Assembly (NCBI GenBank): GCA_963924565.1
Contig: OZ004608.1
Coordinates: 32,674,001-32,738,000, forward strand
From: Ascidiella aspersa
Lineage: Eukaryota
Length of the DNA stretch: 64,000 bases
Reading direction: 5' to 3'
Under the pieces are notes generated by a model. The model was given only the letters and a program-made list of their open reading frames with translations. It did no database searches and was not told the DNA's origin. The position numbers were made by a program, and so were the translations under genes. Shown piece after piece: positions 35,688 through 50,000 of this stretch; the first letter of the stretch is position 1; every line of letters begins with the position of its first letter.

Positions 35688-38141
35688 CTGAAGTGAGTCG
35701 GGCGAGTTACTATTGGGTTTTTGTGTGGAAAGCAAAGCGAGCGTGTGCTATATGGATATGGGGCAGTATATAGTGTATATAGGCAAGTCACAAAAGGCAA
35801 GACTTCCGTAAGTTGATTTTGCTTGTATTTAACACGGACTTATAGGTACGCTATCCTAGAACGGTCAAGTCAATAAAGAACAGTATTTCTTTTGGTTAAA
35901 GGGCTTATTCTCATGTTTTAATCGCAAACTTCGGCAAAACACCCATACCAATATTATGACATTAAAACTGCCCTAGCATCGGACGTGTAGCGATACTACT
36001 AATTGGCATAGGTCTATTTCTCATGCCACCTTGACGCGAAAACTTGACGGACAAATTCGCCATTTTTGCTTAAATGGAACCACTAAGGTTTTTTTTTATA
36101 AAACTCTAGATTTACACGGAAAACCTCGCTGTACCAGATAAAGTTGCTTGTCAATGATTTGACATTTTGTCATTATTCTAACGACGGTAGATTATCATTT
36201 GCCTTACAAATCGAATTTTCGGAATTGGAAAAATCGATTTCGAGTTGGCAAGTTGCACTACTATAAATCGATAAAATTGATATTCGGGCAGGAATAAATT
36301 GAATTCGAGATTTTCAACTTTGAAAATCGCAAAGAAACGTTCGCAATACTTTTAGCAATAGATGGGAAGTTTTGTCACACAATTGCTTGCGCCTAACTAT
36401 CTCTTTTGGCGGAGTGAGTTTCTAATTTGTTGTAAGTGCAAGATTTTAGCAAGCATTCGATTTTGGACATGTTTGTCAAACGTTAGTTTAGAGAAATTCA
36501 AGCTTTGTTTAGAGAAATTCAAGCATTTCAAAGTAAAGACCTCGATAGAATCAAACAATGCATTAAATCACATCCGCGTATGTGTAAACAACATCTCAAG
36601 CAGCAAGGCTATAACACCCACCTCGGTTCGGCATAGTGTTGAGATCTTGGGAGTGGGTAATCCCCGAATCAGAAGTCCTAGGGCCGTTTACCACAGTTTC
36701 TGTCCACATGCGGCGCAGCTGAGACTAAAAACGAAAAATAAAGTTGTAAGCTATACGGTAAGCAAATATAAATAGAAAGGTATATGCACTACTTTTAAAA
36801 AGAATGCATCCCAACAAAAATATGGTGAATCAATTGTAAACATGTAATGAAATCTGTAAAGTTAGGAAATTGTTTAAATTTTGATCAAAATAATGGTAGT
36901 TTCTTACACAGAATAAGAAAAAGCCCTAAAAAATTAAGCAACTGACCTTTGGCTGACCCGGTTTAGAGCAATAAATTTCACGGTGACTACCCGGTTTAGT
37001 AACATTATCCAACGGGTAAAAATAGCACAACTATTCTTTGAGTAAATGTAATTTGTCCAAAACCATAGAAACCAGTCGCTTGTCTGAGCGCATTGACAAA
37101 TAGACAAAGACAAAATCGATTCACTCGATTTAGAGACGATTTTCCGTTTCTGTATCGCCAGTGACAAGCAACGCTGGCCAATAGAATAGACTGAGTCAGT
37201 CCGCGGGATAGATTTATCATGGTTCATAAATTGCCAATAACCGGATTAGCTGCCAAGATTTAAGAGAGCCGAGCGACGCTTGCGACTCGCGATTTTGGAG
37301 TGTGTTTGATCGCTAAGTTGATTTATATCGGAGTAGTGGCGCGGGGCGGGCAAGCGCGCACAAAATTACGAGGTTTTAATCTCTCAATGTGGACACAAGC
37401 CGGTTGCATAACCACTTGCGGCAACAGATTTGTGCTGGACTTTTGAAACGAATCAAAACGCGCCGGGCTGAGACTGTACGTAAGTAATTCAACTTTAGAG
37501 ATTGCACATTTTTATACATTTATAAATAGAACGTGTGAGCGTTCACTGGATCCTTTTCATTTGATTTGCTCCTATTTAAAATGCACCTATTGTAAACCAT
37601 ATCACTGATTTATTCCAGATCAAGTTTTGGCTTCCGGGTAAGAATCAGTATGAGAATGAGTATTAATGGTGAAAATAACGGCCCAAATAGACATAAAAAG
37701 CGACATGCTTTATTATTCAAACATTTCGGCAAATGCTCATGAATCAGTATGAGAATGAGTCTTATATTTTTTTATCTTGGATCGCTATTTTTTTCTATGT
37801 TCGTAATACATTTAGGTTAAAGTATTTTTTCCTTCAACCCTTCAGTCACTTAATACTTGGTATCCGCTGAGCAATAACGTTATACTTTTCTTGCAACTTT
37901 TAGAACTTCTACCAGCCCTTTGATGGAAACAGAGTACTAATTACCGTTAAATCAATTTGCCTCAGTAAACTTTCATAAGGCATGTATTATTTTCAAGCTA
38001 GCAATAGGATAACAGGGAGAGTAATTCAAAATTTTCCTCAAGTGTTTTCATTCCGATTTCAATCCCTTCTTGCCCCCAAAACAGTTCGACACTGAATCAA
38101 AACTTCCAGGCAAGCCCCAAATGTTATTATTTGACACTTAC

Positions 38142-38315
38142 GTTGGCAGTGGGGGTGGTTAGGGTGGTGCTGTGGGTGGTGGCGGCGGTTGGGGCGCTGT
38201 ACCTTCCCGGGGTGTACTGCTTACTGAACGACATCGAGTTGCTGACGTAGGATTCCTGGCCGCGCTTTCGACAGCAAGTTGAGCGACTGAAACATCGGCT
38301 GTATTCGGTCCGAAC
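38142..38315 (-). CDS. ADGRL: Latrophilin-like GPCR, helix 8 / proximal tail exon
   Basis: VRTEYSRCFSRSTCC...YTPGRYSA... matches latrophilin VRKEYGKCLR..CC..RTPGRYS; acceptor ACCCAG, donor AAC|GTAAGT. Confidence 0.88.
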
Positions 38316-38360
38316 CTGGGTCGGAAATATAGAGGGGTTAGTGATTGTTAAAATGAAAAA

Positions 38361-38780
38361 GGGTCGTGTTGGCTTAAACTCGGGTCAGTGCTGAATAAAG
38401 AAAACTCGATTTTTGGACTGAAATTCAATCATGTATATTTTTTTACATGTCTCTTGAAAAATTAGGAATTACTACATTTAAGAGCCCGCATGTTGTCTTA
38501 CTTCTTCTGTACGCAACAAACAGAATATTAAGCATTGATTGGCGCGCCACAAATACATCCAATTTTACGAGTTTTTTTTTCCTGTTTAAAACATCTATTT
38601 GAAACATCCATAAGGGTCGCGTTGGCTTAAACTCGGGTTAGTGCTGAATAAAGAAACTGGACGTTTTGACTTAAATTCAATCATATATTTATTTTTTGAG
38701 ACGTATTTAGAAAAATCGGAATACCTATATTTAAAAGGATGTGTGTTGTTTTAGTTTCAAAATATATCCATTTTACGGGT
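38361..38780. repeat. Local tandem duplication (~253 bp period)
   Basis: GGGTCG(T/C)GTTGGCTTAAACTCGGGT(C/T)AGTGCTGAATAAAGAAA at 38361 and 38614, with continuing similarity. Confidence 0.75.
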
Positions 38781-41700
38781 CGTTTATTAATCGCCCTGTT
38801 TCATGTTTTGACCAACCTTTTATAATTGGATAGTCCTGAAAACAATGAACGCCAAGACACGCTTTCCAATCTTGTTTTTGCACAGTTTAGGTAATTTAGC
38901 TATCCTGTTTGAATGTTTAACACGGTTTTTGCTCTTTTTCATGGTGTAATGTATTAAAAATGCTACCGAATTTCCCAACCTGTTTGGTTGATGTTTGTAC
39001 ACCTCAAGGGTAAAAATGCAGACAATTAATGTTAAACAACGGCTGTCAAAGCTGTTTCTATCGAGTTTACAACAAAACGTGAAGCGTTTGTCAACACGTA
39101 GAATTTCTTGGTTCAACATGTTCACTTATCTCTTAGCAAGACTACAGTAAAACTGGAATTTTAGTTTTTACTATTCGTCGTGGTTTTACCATTCTAAGTC
39201 CTCTACACACTCGGGGTTAGATCTTGCGTGTCGTTTTGGAGACTTCATATCTTGGGGGCGTGTTTATCGCAAAATCAGCAAGCGTGTGGCTAGGGTTACA
39301 TTGTGGGGTCGGTGTTGGGTCACTACCACTAGCAAACCAAAAACTTTATTAATTTTTTGATTTATTTCAGAAGGGAAGGGTTTTGCGTTGAACGATTTTT
39401 TATTTCATTCACAGAATAGTTACTCTTTAAACATGGTTTGTATAGTAGTAACCTTTGTTAACAATTCATATTCTTAATGCCAAATCGGTGGCTCTAAAAA
39501 AACTGGCGTTTCATTAAGATTTTTTCTTCTCTTTTTAGCTTTTTATTAAATAAAGATTTACCATTTTTAAACGCTTAAACACGCATTAAACAAGGTTTTG
39601 TTAAATCTGAATAAAAATATAAGGAAGCACTTTTTTAAAAACGAAGTTTGGCAAGCGTTCGAAAAAAAATCAAAAATCTTTGTGACTAATATGTTTGGAT
39701 TCGCGAAAATGACCCTCAAAAAGTACCCATTTTAACCCCAACCCAGTTCGGGGTGCGACCGTGGGTCATGGGAAATGAAATGAACCGTTGTGGGGGGTTT
39801 ATCTCTCTGGGTCGGGGTCCTTAAGCAGGAAACAGCTATCGCGACGCAAAGTCTTGTCGCGGTGTCAAAGCAAATACTGCGACAGTTGAGTTGAACATAT
39901 AAACATATACCGGTTTGCATGACACTATATTGCTTCAGAATAAATGAGCCTTATAATTTCGACCTGTTTGGAACTAGCTTGTTTTATTTAGTGGCGTAAA
40001 TGAAAATTCTGTTTTGTAGGACTTGAATTCAATATTATGGCATGAGTGCTGATTTACAGCGACCATTTGTATGCAATACAAAAGGAAACCATTTAAAGTT
40101 CGTTTAGTAAGTTTAGTTATTAGCAAGATACTGTTACTCTATAATAAAAGTCTCGCCAAAAAAAGTTTCCTAAAAAAATTTATTATGATGTAATGTATCA
40201 GCACAAACCAAATATCTAGTATATTGCGCCATTGTATATAAACCATCTAAAATTTCATAACATACACAGTTCGCCATCTACTTCGAGTTGTGGCATTTCC
40301 TGTTCGCGTTTTTTCTCCAGCAAGGGTAAAGTATCATTTTGTCGTTCGTGTGTCATTCTAACATAAGCAGAGCGCCGTTTAGCCGCCCTAAACGGTTTCC
40401 CGAGAGGGCATTAGCCCTGCCACAAAGGGGGAACAAGGGGGGCGATAGTGTTACACGCTTAGCCTTTTACGTCGAGCCAGCAGAACGACTTTCGTGGGCG
40501 ACTTATGGAGAGGATGGCAGGTCAGACGCGGGTCAAAAAACGCCACGATTCTGTCAGTGATGTAATACGCATAACGGCACGCCATGACGTCATCAACATA
40601 AAAACACAGTCGTCATTTTTCGGCGATAAGGTCGAGAGACGAGCTGTTTACGTTTCCGGAGCGGCGCAGTTTTTTGCTTGTTGGAAAGGTGCGCGGCCCT
40701 GGCGTACCCTGCCGTGTCGGATTACGACTTTCGAGTGGGGCTCGGTTAGGATTTTCGGCTGATCCTTGTGTTGCGCTTTTTTCGGCGGTTTTAGCGGTCG
40801 CCCGCGCTGATTAGCAAAAACACGAAGAAAAATTCGGCTACATCACGCCGTTGGAATGCAGTTTGAACCGAGTGTTGCTCGACAATTGAAGCCCTTGAAT
40901 TTAAGTAATAACGCACAGAGACACTTAATCAAGTGCCAGTGACGCGGTGAAGTTGCGATTTTACCATCAATATATGATTGGAGCCAACACTTAAAGATTT
41001 AATATAGCACGTATCACTGATTTACAACCATTTTTTGGTTAATAAAAAAGTTGGCGATTTTACTACTTGCATTGTACAATGAAATCGCCGAAAGAATTTA
41101 TTACAATAGCCTACAGCGAAAATGTATGTAAAAATTTTTTTTGACAAAATATCGCAATATGGAATAATCCTAGAACCTATACAGGCCTATTAATACTGGC
41201 TGGTATTTTCGATAATTTAGGCGTTAAAAAGTTTTTAGTTTTTAACAGCTGAACCTGGAATTAGGTTTAAGACCAATTGAAAACTATATATAGTCAAGGA
41301 TGAAATTATTTGCCGATATTCAAACGAAAATTTACTGCTGTTGAAAAGTCGTGTTTCACATATTTTGAGATACAGTGTCAGCAATCATGTCGCTAGCAGT
41401 TCCATGCCGTATATACAGGGCACATCGCGTGAAGCAGTTGCAAGTTGACTGAATTATTAACGCCCCCACGAGACAAACAGTCACGCGTATAATCAATCAA
41501 AACGTGGTTCGTGAACTTTTCCGCGCAAACATGGTCGAAAAACAAAAATAGATAGCAGGTGTGTGTGCTGGTATGCTTGTTCACAGCGCTAACCGCCCCC
41601 CTATAAATTATTCCCTTCGCAAATAAACAACGCGCAAGTGGAAATTCGTGATTGAGTTGTTCTAACTACAACTTGGACACAGAAACTGTCTTTGGAACTC

Positions 41701-42101
41701 CTGTGCGGTTTTGGTAATCAAGACATTGCAGTAACTGATTAAAGTTCACTTTTATTTTATAAATTAAAAATAAATTTTATAAATTAAAAAGAAGATCAGA
41801 CTGTAGTGACTGATTAAAGTTTACTTTTTTTTTTAAAGATTTAGCAATCCTGATAGGGTATAAACGAACTATTTACTGCATTTACTATATTTTAATGATA
41901 TGAAGACCATTTTTTGTTATTAATTATTTTCAGGCATTTTCAATTTTCGACTGCAAATTGCTTGCAACTTCGCGAGAGAAGTGAATGCAACGTTTCAACA
42001 AAAAAATTGGCCCAAAATAAACCTTCTAGGCGCATTTCATCATAGCTCCCCAATTAGACTTAAAAACAATTCTCTCGAGCGCCCACGCGCGGCCGACTCA
42101 C

Positions 42102-42270
42102 CTTCTTCTGGAGGAGACAGTGGAAGACGAAGATGCAAAGTCCTTGGAAAGCGTTGAAGATGCAGAAGAGGTAGGCCATCACCGGCGCCTGCTCCCACAC
42201 CCAGAGGATGCCGAACGCCCATGTGATTCCGAGAAGACACAGGAGGACCGAGGCTCCTCGAACTGATGCT
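42102..42270 (-). CDS. ADGRL: Latrophilin-like GPCR, TM6-TM7 exon
   Basis: [56 protein letters not shown]; acceptor CTTCAG, donor AAG|GTGAGT. Confidence 0.95.
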
Positions 42271-42933
42271 CTGAAGATTGAAAGAAGGAGGGGTTTGATA
42301 AGTTGCTTAGCAACGCAGAGAAAATTTGAAAATATTTTATTTAGTAATGTTTTTCCAAGAATGTAGTTTACTAAATTGAAAACAGGCTTTTCGGAACTTC
42401 ATTTTTAGGAGAAGGTTTGGTAAGTCGATTTAGAACCTGAAGCTAACTTAGCAAAACTTTATTTTTATTTTTTGTTGGAAACAAATCTAAAGGCTTACTA
42501 TAATAATTGGCAGTAGACTTTAAGGATTTAGTGACATTTTGCTCGGAATAATTGCTATTGAAGAGCAGAGCCTAAACCTAACTTTAATATGTCTTTGCCA
42601 AACACAAATAGGAAACTACATGTTTTTAGTTCATGTAAACACTGATATAAAATATACTTTTGTTTTTAAATACTCAAATGTTTTTAAAACACTGAGACAG
42701 TTTCAGTTTTTTTTAAATACTAAAAAATACATGTTTATTTAACCAGGGAAAAACATATGTTTTCGAAATAGCAATAGTATGTTATTTTATCTTTTTTTCA
42801 GTTGTTCTTAGCACAAATTACAACTCAAGCAGGCTAATTTTACTGAGTCAAACATCACATCTTTTAGCACTCATAAAACATAAGTCCTTTTCAATTCCAA
42901 ATTTCCACTCAACAAAAAAGACAGTAGACTTAC

Positions 42934-43156
42934 TTGATCGCATTCACTTTGGACGAGTCGGTGTACGCCAGGGTGTGGCGGTACATCTTGAATACGGTGA
43001 TGGCTAGAAAGACTAGGTTGCAGAGGATAACGGCACACACTGGACCCACGAAGCTCCAGATAAAGCCGGAGTCCACTTTGAGCCAACAGGCGTCCGGCCC
43101 GCCGTACCCTGAGCTGTCCACCACAGCTGAGACGCCAACTATAACGGCTGGGATGC
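42934..43156 (-). CDS. ADGRL: Latrophilin-like GPCR, TM4-TM5 exon
   Basis: GIPAVIVGVSAVVDSSGYGGPDACWLKVDSGFIWSFVGPVCAVILCNLVFLAITVFKMYRH; CWL and FIWSF.GP hallmarks; phases 1 to 2. Confidence 0.95.
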
Positions 43157-43211
43157 CTGGAAGAAAAATCGATAAACAACAATTATGGACTGTATAGTAA
43201 ATGCAAGACAC

Positions 43212-43520
43212 TAGTGTTGAAGTGCCCGTCAAGTCATTTGAAAAATAAAATAGATGTAAGTACTTACAAAAAATAACAAGCCATATCCAAAATCATTATT
43301 GGACCAAGTCAACTTCAAATCAAGTATTTGCATAAAAACAAAACGTTAAACTATTAAAATTGGTAAAAACTAATTCCTGCGTGGGCAATATAACAACAGA
43401 AATTAACAAAAACGCAGTTTGTAGCAAATTGTTTTACGTGCAAAATTGAGATAAATAACTTCAACCCAAAGGTAATAAATGAAAACACTTCCCCGAGTTA
43501 GTTGACACTATGACTCAAGT
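43212..43520. mobile_element. AAGTC-repeat MITE, degenerate copy
   Basis: TAGTGTTG..GTCAAGTCATTTG..CAAGTCAACTTCAAATCAAG, colinear with 25373-25833. Confidence 0.55.
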
Positions 43521-45864
43521 ATGATGAATGCAAAAGTGTAGCTACAATTAGTTAAAAGCTTATCTTTTTTTCCAAACGAGTAGGACCAGAAAAATTTGCT
43601 TTTGCGCTTCATATTTGTCACATTATTTTATTCTCACTTTACGCCGTTTTATTTAAACGCCTTTCATTTTCCGCTGGTTAATTTAGAGAGCCTTTAAATA
43701 TTTAGGCAGGACGCAGCCCAAGCAGCATAAATAAGCGAGTTTCAAACACCAGCAAATGTGCAGTGTTACTGGCTTTCGTCCAAGTGTAGGTGACAAATAC
43801 AGTGCACGAAAAAGTCACAGGGTTAACTCGAAAAGGTGGCGAACCGGCAAAGGTTAACGACCAGCCAAGGGTCGGCCTTTTAAAGGGAAATTCACACAAA
43901 CTAGGAAACAAAGCTATGGAAAGGCAATCTCCGACTTGCGGTTAGAACGGAATCCCTCAATAATTAATGTTCAAACCACGTATGCTCGTTTTAGAGAAAG
44001 CTGAATGTAAGCAGTTGTAGCGTAAAGTTTTGGTGGCTTGGCATAAATCCGGTGGCTTTGGCATAAACATGATATTGCCAATATCGCTATGAGATTCAAA
44101 TCAAGATAACCCGATATCTATGTGGCCGCCCTAATGCACATAACTAGCAACCCAGATACGGATAGGATCTTTGTCGTTTTTAGCTTGTTTACGCGGTCGC
44201 TGATTTTTTATCAACGTTTATGTCTTTCATTTCCCTCAGTATAGGAAAGGAAAATCTATAATACGTTTAAAATAACCTTGTTGTGAAGCTGACTCTCAAA
44301 TAGGGTACAAAAATACCCATCTAATTTTAAGAGGGCATTGCACATATTAGGGCTTGAAAAGGAAAGTGTTATATCTATAGCCTAAACGCCATAAAAATCG
44401 CCTTTAAAACAGTGACAAACTTTTACAAGGCTTAAAAAAATGAGCCTGCTTTTTGAAGGGGTCACTTAAATTGCATAGCAGGTTAGAAAGAGCGCAAAAA
44501 GCACGTTTTAGGAAAAGCAAGCCGACTTTTTGTCGAGCGTAATTGTAAACTTAATACCAAATCAATAAATGGGCTGCAGAAAAGTAGGTAAAAAACGGCG
44601 CATTTCCGAGCGGCCGCATATAGACTTCGTGATTGTGGCTGTGGCTATAACTGGCTGAAGCTTCACGTCCGCTGTCTCGTCGCAACATACCGCTACACGC
44701 CGCGCGAAATCGGATTAGTCCGCTTTTCCCGACTCCAGACAGTAAACCGCGTCGCGTGAAAAGCGATTTCCCCTCCGAATACCCCCTCTGAATTTGGCCT
44801 TAACCGAAGTTTCGCGTTGTCACTTAAGCCCGGGTTGGTTATTTGTTGTTTGGTTTTTTTGCAAGGTTCGGTGCACTTTCTAGCGAATTGGACGCCTTTC
44901 GGAAGCGCCAGTCGCGAATTCGCTTTTAATAGAATCGCCCTTTTTTCGTGAAAACTCGCGAAATGTATCGGCTGCGCTTTGGCGTATGGGGAATGTCGGA
45001 TTGTATCTGGAATACAATTAAGGAAAGTAAAATGGTTGGGCAAGGGAACTTTATTTCCCTATAAGAAACATATAGCATTAAACATTTTTACGATTTGCGG
45101 ACTCTTGAATTTAATTGCTTTTTTGACACTACTGGTCATTATACTTTTAATACTTTTGAGAAAAAAATCGTATTTTGTATTTCACTTTTATGTAATATAA
45201 TACATATCGGTCGGTTTTCAGTCAATTCGAAAGATAAAGTTTTCCAAAATAGTAAATTTCCTATCGATCCGATATAACGAGACACGAGAGAACAAATATG
45301 TTCCGTCGCCATGGATTAGGGCCATTATATGAAAAACGAGGACAAAGTTTCGTTAAGGGTTACAGAAAACTATGAACTAGAAAACGAATCGAATCAGTTG
45401 TTGCTAATCGGCTGAAAACTTCGCACCCCCTCCCAGGCTTCTTGCAACTGCTTTTTTACCTGCCATGAAAAAAAATGGCACCTGCGCGAGATTGGTGGAT
45501 CGAAGAAAGTGCCAAGGGGCAATTTCGCGCGATATTCCATAGTTCACAGCGTCATTTTTCGCCACAACAAAGCTACTTCTGCAAAGCCAACAGCTGTCCG
45601 TTGCCCGCACGCCTTTATCAAATCTGTCAATCAGACGGGTTAACGATTCGAATCGGCGTTGTGTAATAGACGCGGCGCCAGCGACCGTGGTGCATGTAAA
45701 AGGCAGGCGAAGGCGTTCTTAAAAGTGCGCCGAGGCAGGGAAATTGATTTTGCATGTTTTCGCCGCTGATCCGTACAGGGAAGGCAACGGGTTGCCAGTC
45801 ACCGCGCGAGTTTGAGTTTGCAGGGGTCTGCGATTAGTCACTGGAGTTAAAAGGCAAAACATTT

Positions 45865-46075
45865 TTAAGAGAGTAAAGGAAGAGATTGAAAGAGAAAACG
45901 ACAGAGGGGAAGAGAGAGATCAAAGAAAGGGAAAACGACGAGAAAGAGAGAAATCGGAAAAAAGGTAAGAAAAGAGAGAGACCGAGAGAATCAGGGATAA
46001 GAAAGAAAAAGGGAGATTAAAAGAAAGAAAAAGAAGGAAACAATGGAAAAAAGAGTGGAAAAATGAGAGAGAAGC
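45865..46075. repeat. Polypurine (GA-rich) low-complexity tract
   Basis: About 210 nt almost entirely A/G on the plus strand. Confidence 0.8.
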
Positions 46076-46756
46076 CATTGCAAGATAGTGAAACTATACA
46101 AAGCCCAGCCTTTCGCTGATTGGGCTCCGAAATTCCGAAATTGCATTAATGTAGCGACAGGCGCATGACGGGACTGGGACAAGTCACGTAACTTGTGTCA
46201 TGTATGGGATCGCTTCTCGTTGGCATTGAACGCGGTGGCAATTTTGCTCTTTTTTCGAGCGCTGTTTTTTTGTTCGACGCGACATTTACCTCTACCGCCA
46301 ATCGATGATATGACATTTAGAGGGACAAGCATAATCCGGTGATTTTGCTGGTTCAAAGTCAAACTTTGACAGACCGGCTGTCAGGCGGTTTGACTCAAAA
46401 ATAGAAAGCCCATATTACATACCGAATACCTACGAGAGGAAACACATTGACAGGTCCCATTAAAAGTTTTTCATCTGCTGGGTTTAAATACTTTTGACTA
46501 TATATATTAATATTTAAGTATATAAATAATGGGTTCAACTTTCCCCAAAGTGATGTCAAGGCTGCTCTGTTATTAAGCTATCTTTTTATGGACAACATAA
46601 AAACACATTTACAAGTCGTCAGCGCAAATTACGCTCCCCATTTGTCCTGTCCTTTTAAAACTTAAAGTAAAAGCTTAGTGAGTTCTACATGAGCGCCAAA
46701 GCAAACGCATTCAAAAGCAATGGCTTAAAAAAAAGAAAAAAACAACAATGGCCTAC

Positions 46757-47010
46757 CGTAGCCGGTGAAATAGTACCACTTCCAGCGAGATCGACCCTCA
46801 AAGACCTCGACCAGCATGACGTAGAGCTGGAATCCCTCTAGCGCCATCCACATGAAAGCGGCCAAAAAGCTGTAGTGCAGGATACCAGCAATGACGGCGC
46901 ACGGAATCCGATGAGCGGTCTGTTTGATTCCGACCAGAAACACGAGCTCGGCGACGAAGAGACTCAGGCAGAGGTGCTTGTGTATTGTGTTGCGGTCGCT
47001 TTGGAGGTTT
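46757..47010 (-). CDS. ADGRL: Latrophilin-like GPCR, ICL1-TM2-TM3-ICL2 exon
   Basis: [28 protein letters not shown]...[28 protein letters not shown]; [10 protein letters not shown] and LVEVFE are latrophilin hallmarks. Confidence 0.96.
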
Positions 47011-50000
47011 CTGTTGATCAAGGAACAATGTTACTTCTGTTTTTTTAGTAGAAATGCAACACAAATCGGCAAATGTTAGGCTGTAATTCAGGTTGTCTTC
47101 TTTAGCTGTGTTAGTACATATAGGAGGGTCGATAAAATATACTACTTTTTAATAAAACTGAGGATTGTGCGCTTTCATGGTGTTATAAAATAGTGAATAA
47201 AAAACTAAGCAGTTTTAAGATTTTAGTTTTTTGATATTTATTTTCAAAGACATCTAATTTTTTCGATATTATAAGACACAAAACTCAGTTTGTGAAATTA
47301 TTAAACATAACACCAGTCCAATGAAACTTACAAAAATGAAGAATAATGTTTAAATCTCCAGCTATGCCATTTGCAAGGTTATTATCCTTCGTTGAAATGT
47401 GCACCTTGAGCTAAAACATTATCTACTATGGTGGCTACCATCCTATCTTTCTTAGTTGCACGAACAAACACCTTTAAGTTATCCGGAAAACCTTCATGTT
47501 TTACTCGCGAAAAATATCGTGCAGTAATTTCCATGATGTGCGCTATCAGTTGGTGTCAATCAGCATAGAAAAAGCCTATACAAGTCCGTTGAGCTAATAA
47601 AGACTCGCGTATACAAAGACGCACGGCCGACGATCAAAACCAGTCGATTCTTCACGGGGTCTTAGCGTTCGCATTGCCCTAAGCCTGCTGGTAAGCGCAA
47701 AACGGCCAACTTAAAGCACATCGAGGTTGGTAATATGCTCGTGGGGCCTATTTCTGGCGCTAGTCCCATAGATCGAAGGGATAACGGATTTCTTAGACAG
47801 TGCGTTATGCCAGATTAACCCGTCGCTTTACGATCAAATCGTGAGACATATGCACTTAAATAGGCCGTGGCGGCTAGAGCTGTAGGATCAAGTACGAATT
47901 GGGGAAGCAGGATATTTTGAATTCCGTGCCACTAATAGGGGCGTTTTGTATCCGAGTAAATTGAAACGCGCTTGTAAAGAGTTCGCCAGCATTGGCGATT
48001 AGTATAAAAGAAACATCTATAAATTGCTCAGGTGTTGCAGCAAATGAAGGCATAAAATTTGATGATTGAATATTGTTGTCACTTTTATTCTCGATCAAAG
48101 AATCAGAATGTTGCCAAAAAATGATTATTCGGCTAAAATAAATCAACATGAATACACTTTAAGTCACTTAGGCCGAAATACGAGTAAAATCATCCCATTA
48201 TCAACATCCAAATAATCTTTTAGTCAGAATATCACCCTCCTTTATGTTAAAATTTAGCACCGAATGCGCCTCCAGCGGACACAAAACAAGAATTATCAAC
48301 TAAAAAAGCATGTAGCCGTACGTTTTACCGCCCGAAAGCGAAACATAAGTTGAAAAGCGGTGCCAGTGAATCGCAACGGGTCTGATTTTGCCTGGCGATC
48401 CTGACGTCAGAACCCGAGCCAATGTCAATCGTGGGTGAAAATCCAAAAACACGGGTCTGCGATAAGGTTATTCGAACTCGCCATTTCGCAAAACCGAGGT
48501 TATTCATTTCGAGAACGCACTACACATGTTGTAAGGGTTGGAGCCTGAACTTCAATTCGAAAGAAAAACAGAGAGAACGAAAATCGATGATGTGAGCGCG
48601 CCCCGACATGACAAGTCAATTGAGGCCAAATCTACTTTCGCAGTGACGTTTGTGAAAGCAAACTGCCGCAAACTTCGCTGTTCTGACAGAGGATTTCCTT
48701 GTGTTCTTGTCGTTTGCGTGCAGTAGCAGTAGCAGCCCTGTGCATTTTTAATGCGACAGGCAAACGCGTCCGACTCTGTAATTGATTAATTCGCAGTTCT
48801 GTCTGCCCGGAATGGGACGAAATCGGGCGAAACTCCGGACTGCGCTAACCATTAGCGGATTAAGTTTTTAGCCTGAGTGCGAGATGCGTATATTGAAAGG
48901 GATAGGGCTTGACAACGAAGTCATTCCGAAATGGCAATGTATTTTGCTCGCCAAAGGTCGAACGGTAACACTGCGGTTTTTCCAGTTCGGGTATTGACGA
49001 GAAAACAAGGGGGTTGTACTTGAATTTAAATACGTATAAAATTGTATATCGCTTTGAGACGACGTATCTGTCATAATCTTCGAAATAAAAGTGGATGGCC
49101 AAATGAATGACAAGAAATTTATACGGTTAAGGTTATCTTTTTTAGAGGGTCTCTCTTGCACACTAAAAAGCAGGATAATATAGATAAATGAGACATATCT
49201 CAATTTCAATCAGTTCATTACATAATTGGCTTTCTATTAATCGTTAAAATCTATCGACTAAATGTTTAACACTAACAAATGAGATATTACAATTTCAGTC
49301 ATATTGGTATGAATGTAGCCTCCTGTTGTATTTTCAACTATATCGACTACATTCTGTCACAAAAACGCGTCCAGCGCTGCCAAAGTTGCAATAAACGCGG
49401 AGATGGCGCGATAGTTCTACGTTTCAGGTGGAAAATAAAATCTTATCACGAATCGGCCACCCGCCTAATTCATATAAGACCCGGAAAAATTTGACAAGAA
49501 AAGAAAAACGCTCGAGAAAGCGCATCTGGCGAGCGCAAGGGCAAGGGTGTGTGGGATAAAAATCTGCCGTGACGGACGTGACCTTGGCTTTGACCTTTGG
49601 CGGTAACGCAGGTGCAGGGGCCCGGGGCGGAATGCCATTTGGGCCGGGGGAAAAATTACCCCCGAAAACTCAAGTCCAAGGGTGGGTGGAAGGGGTAAGA
49701 CCACGCGGTCACTCTCCGATAAACGCGTTAAACAAAATTTGGCGTTGATCTTTCAGCAAACGCTTATGGTTGTATGGTTGTATTTTAAAACATTTACGAA
49801 AGAATGCCTAAACTTATCCAAAAATTTTGCGGTGAAATTTCAATCTACAACCTTGGAAATTCCGAGGCCGGCGTACTTTAGGCTAATCTACTTATAGGCG
49901 TGGTTGTATTTAAGTGTTTAACCAGTTACGGTCAAGTCGACTATAAGTCACGGCACCTTAACTTGTCCGTTATATTTTTCACTTTAATATGTTATTAAAG

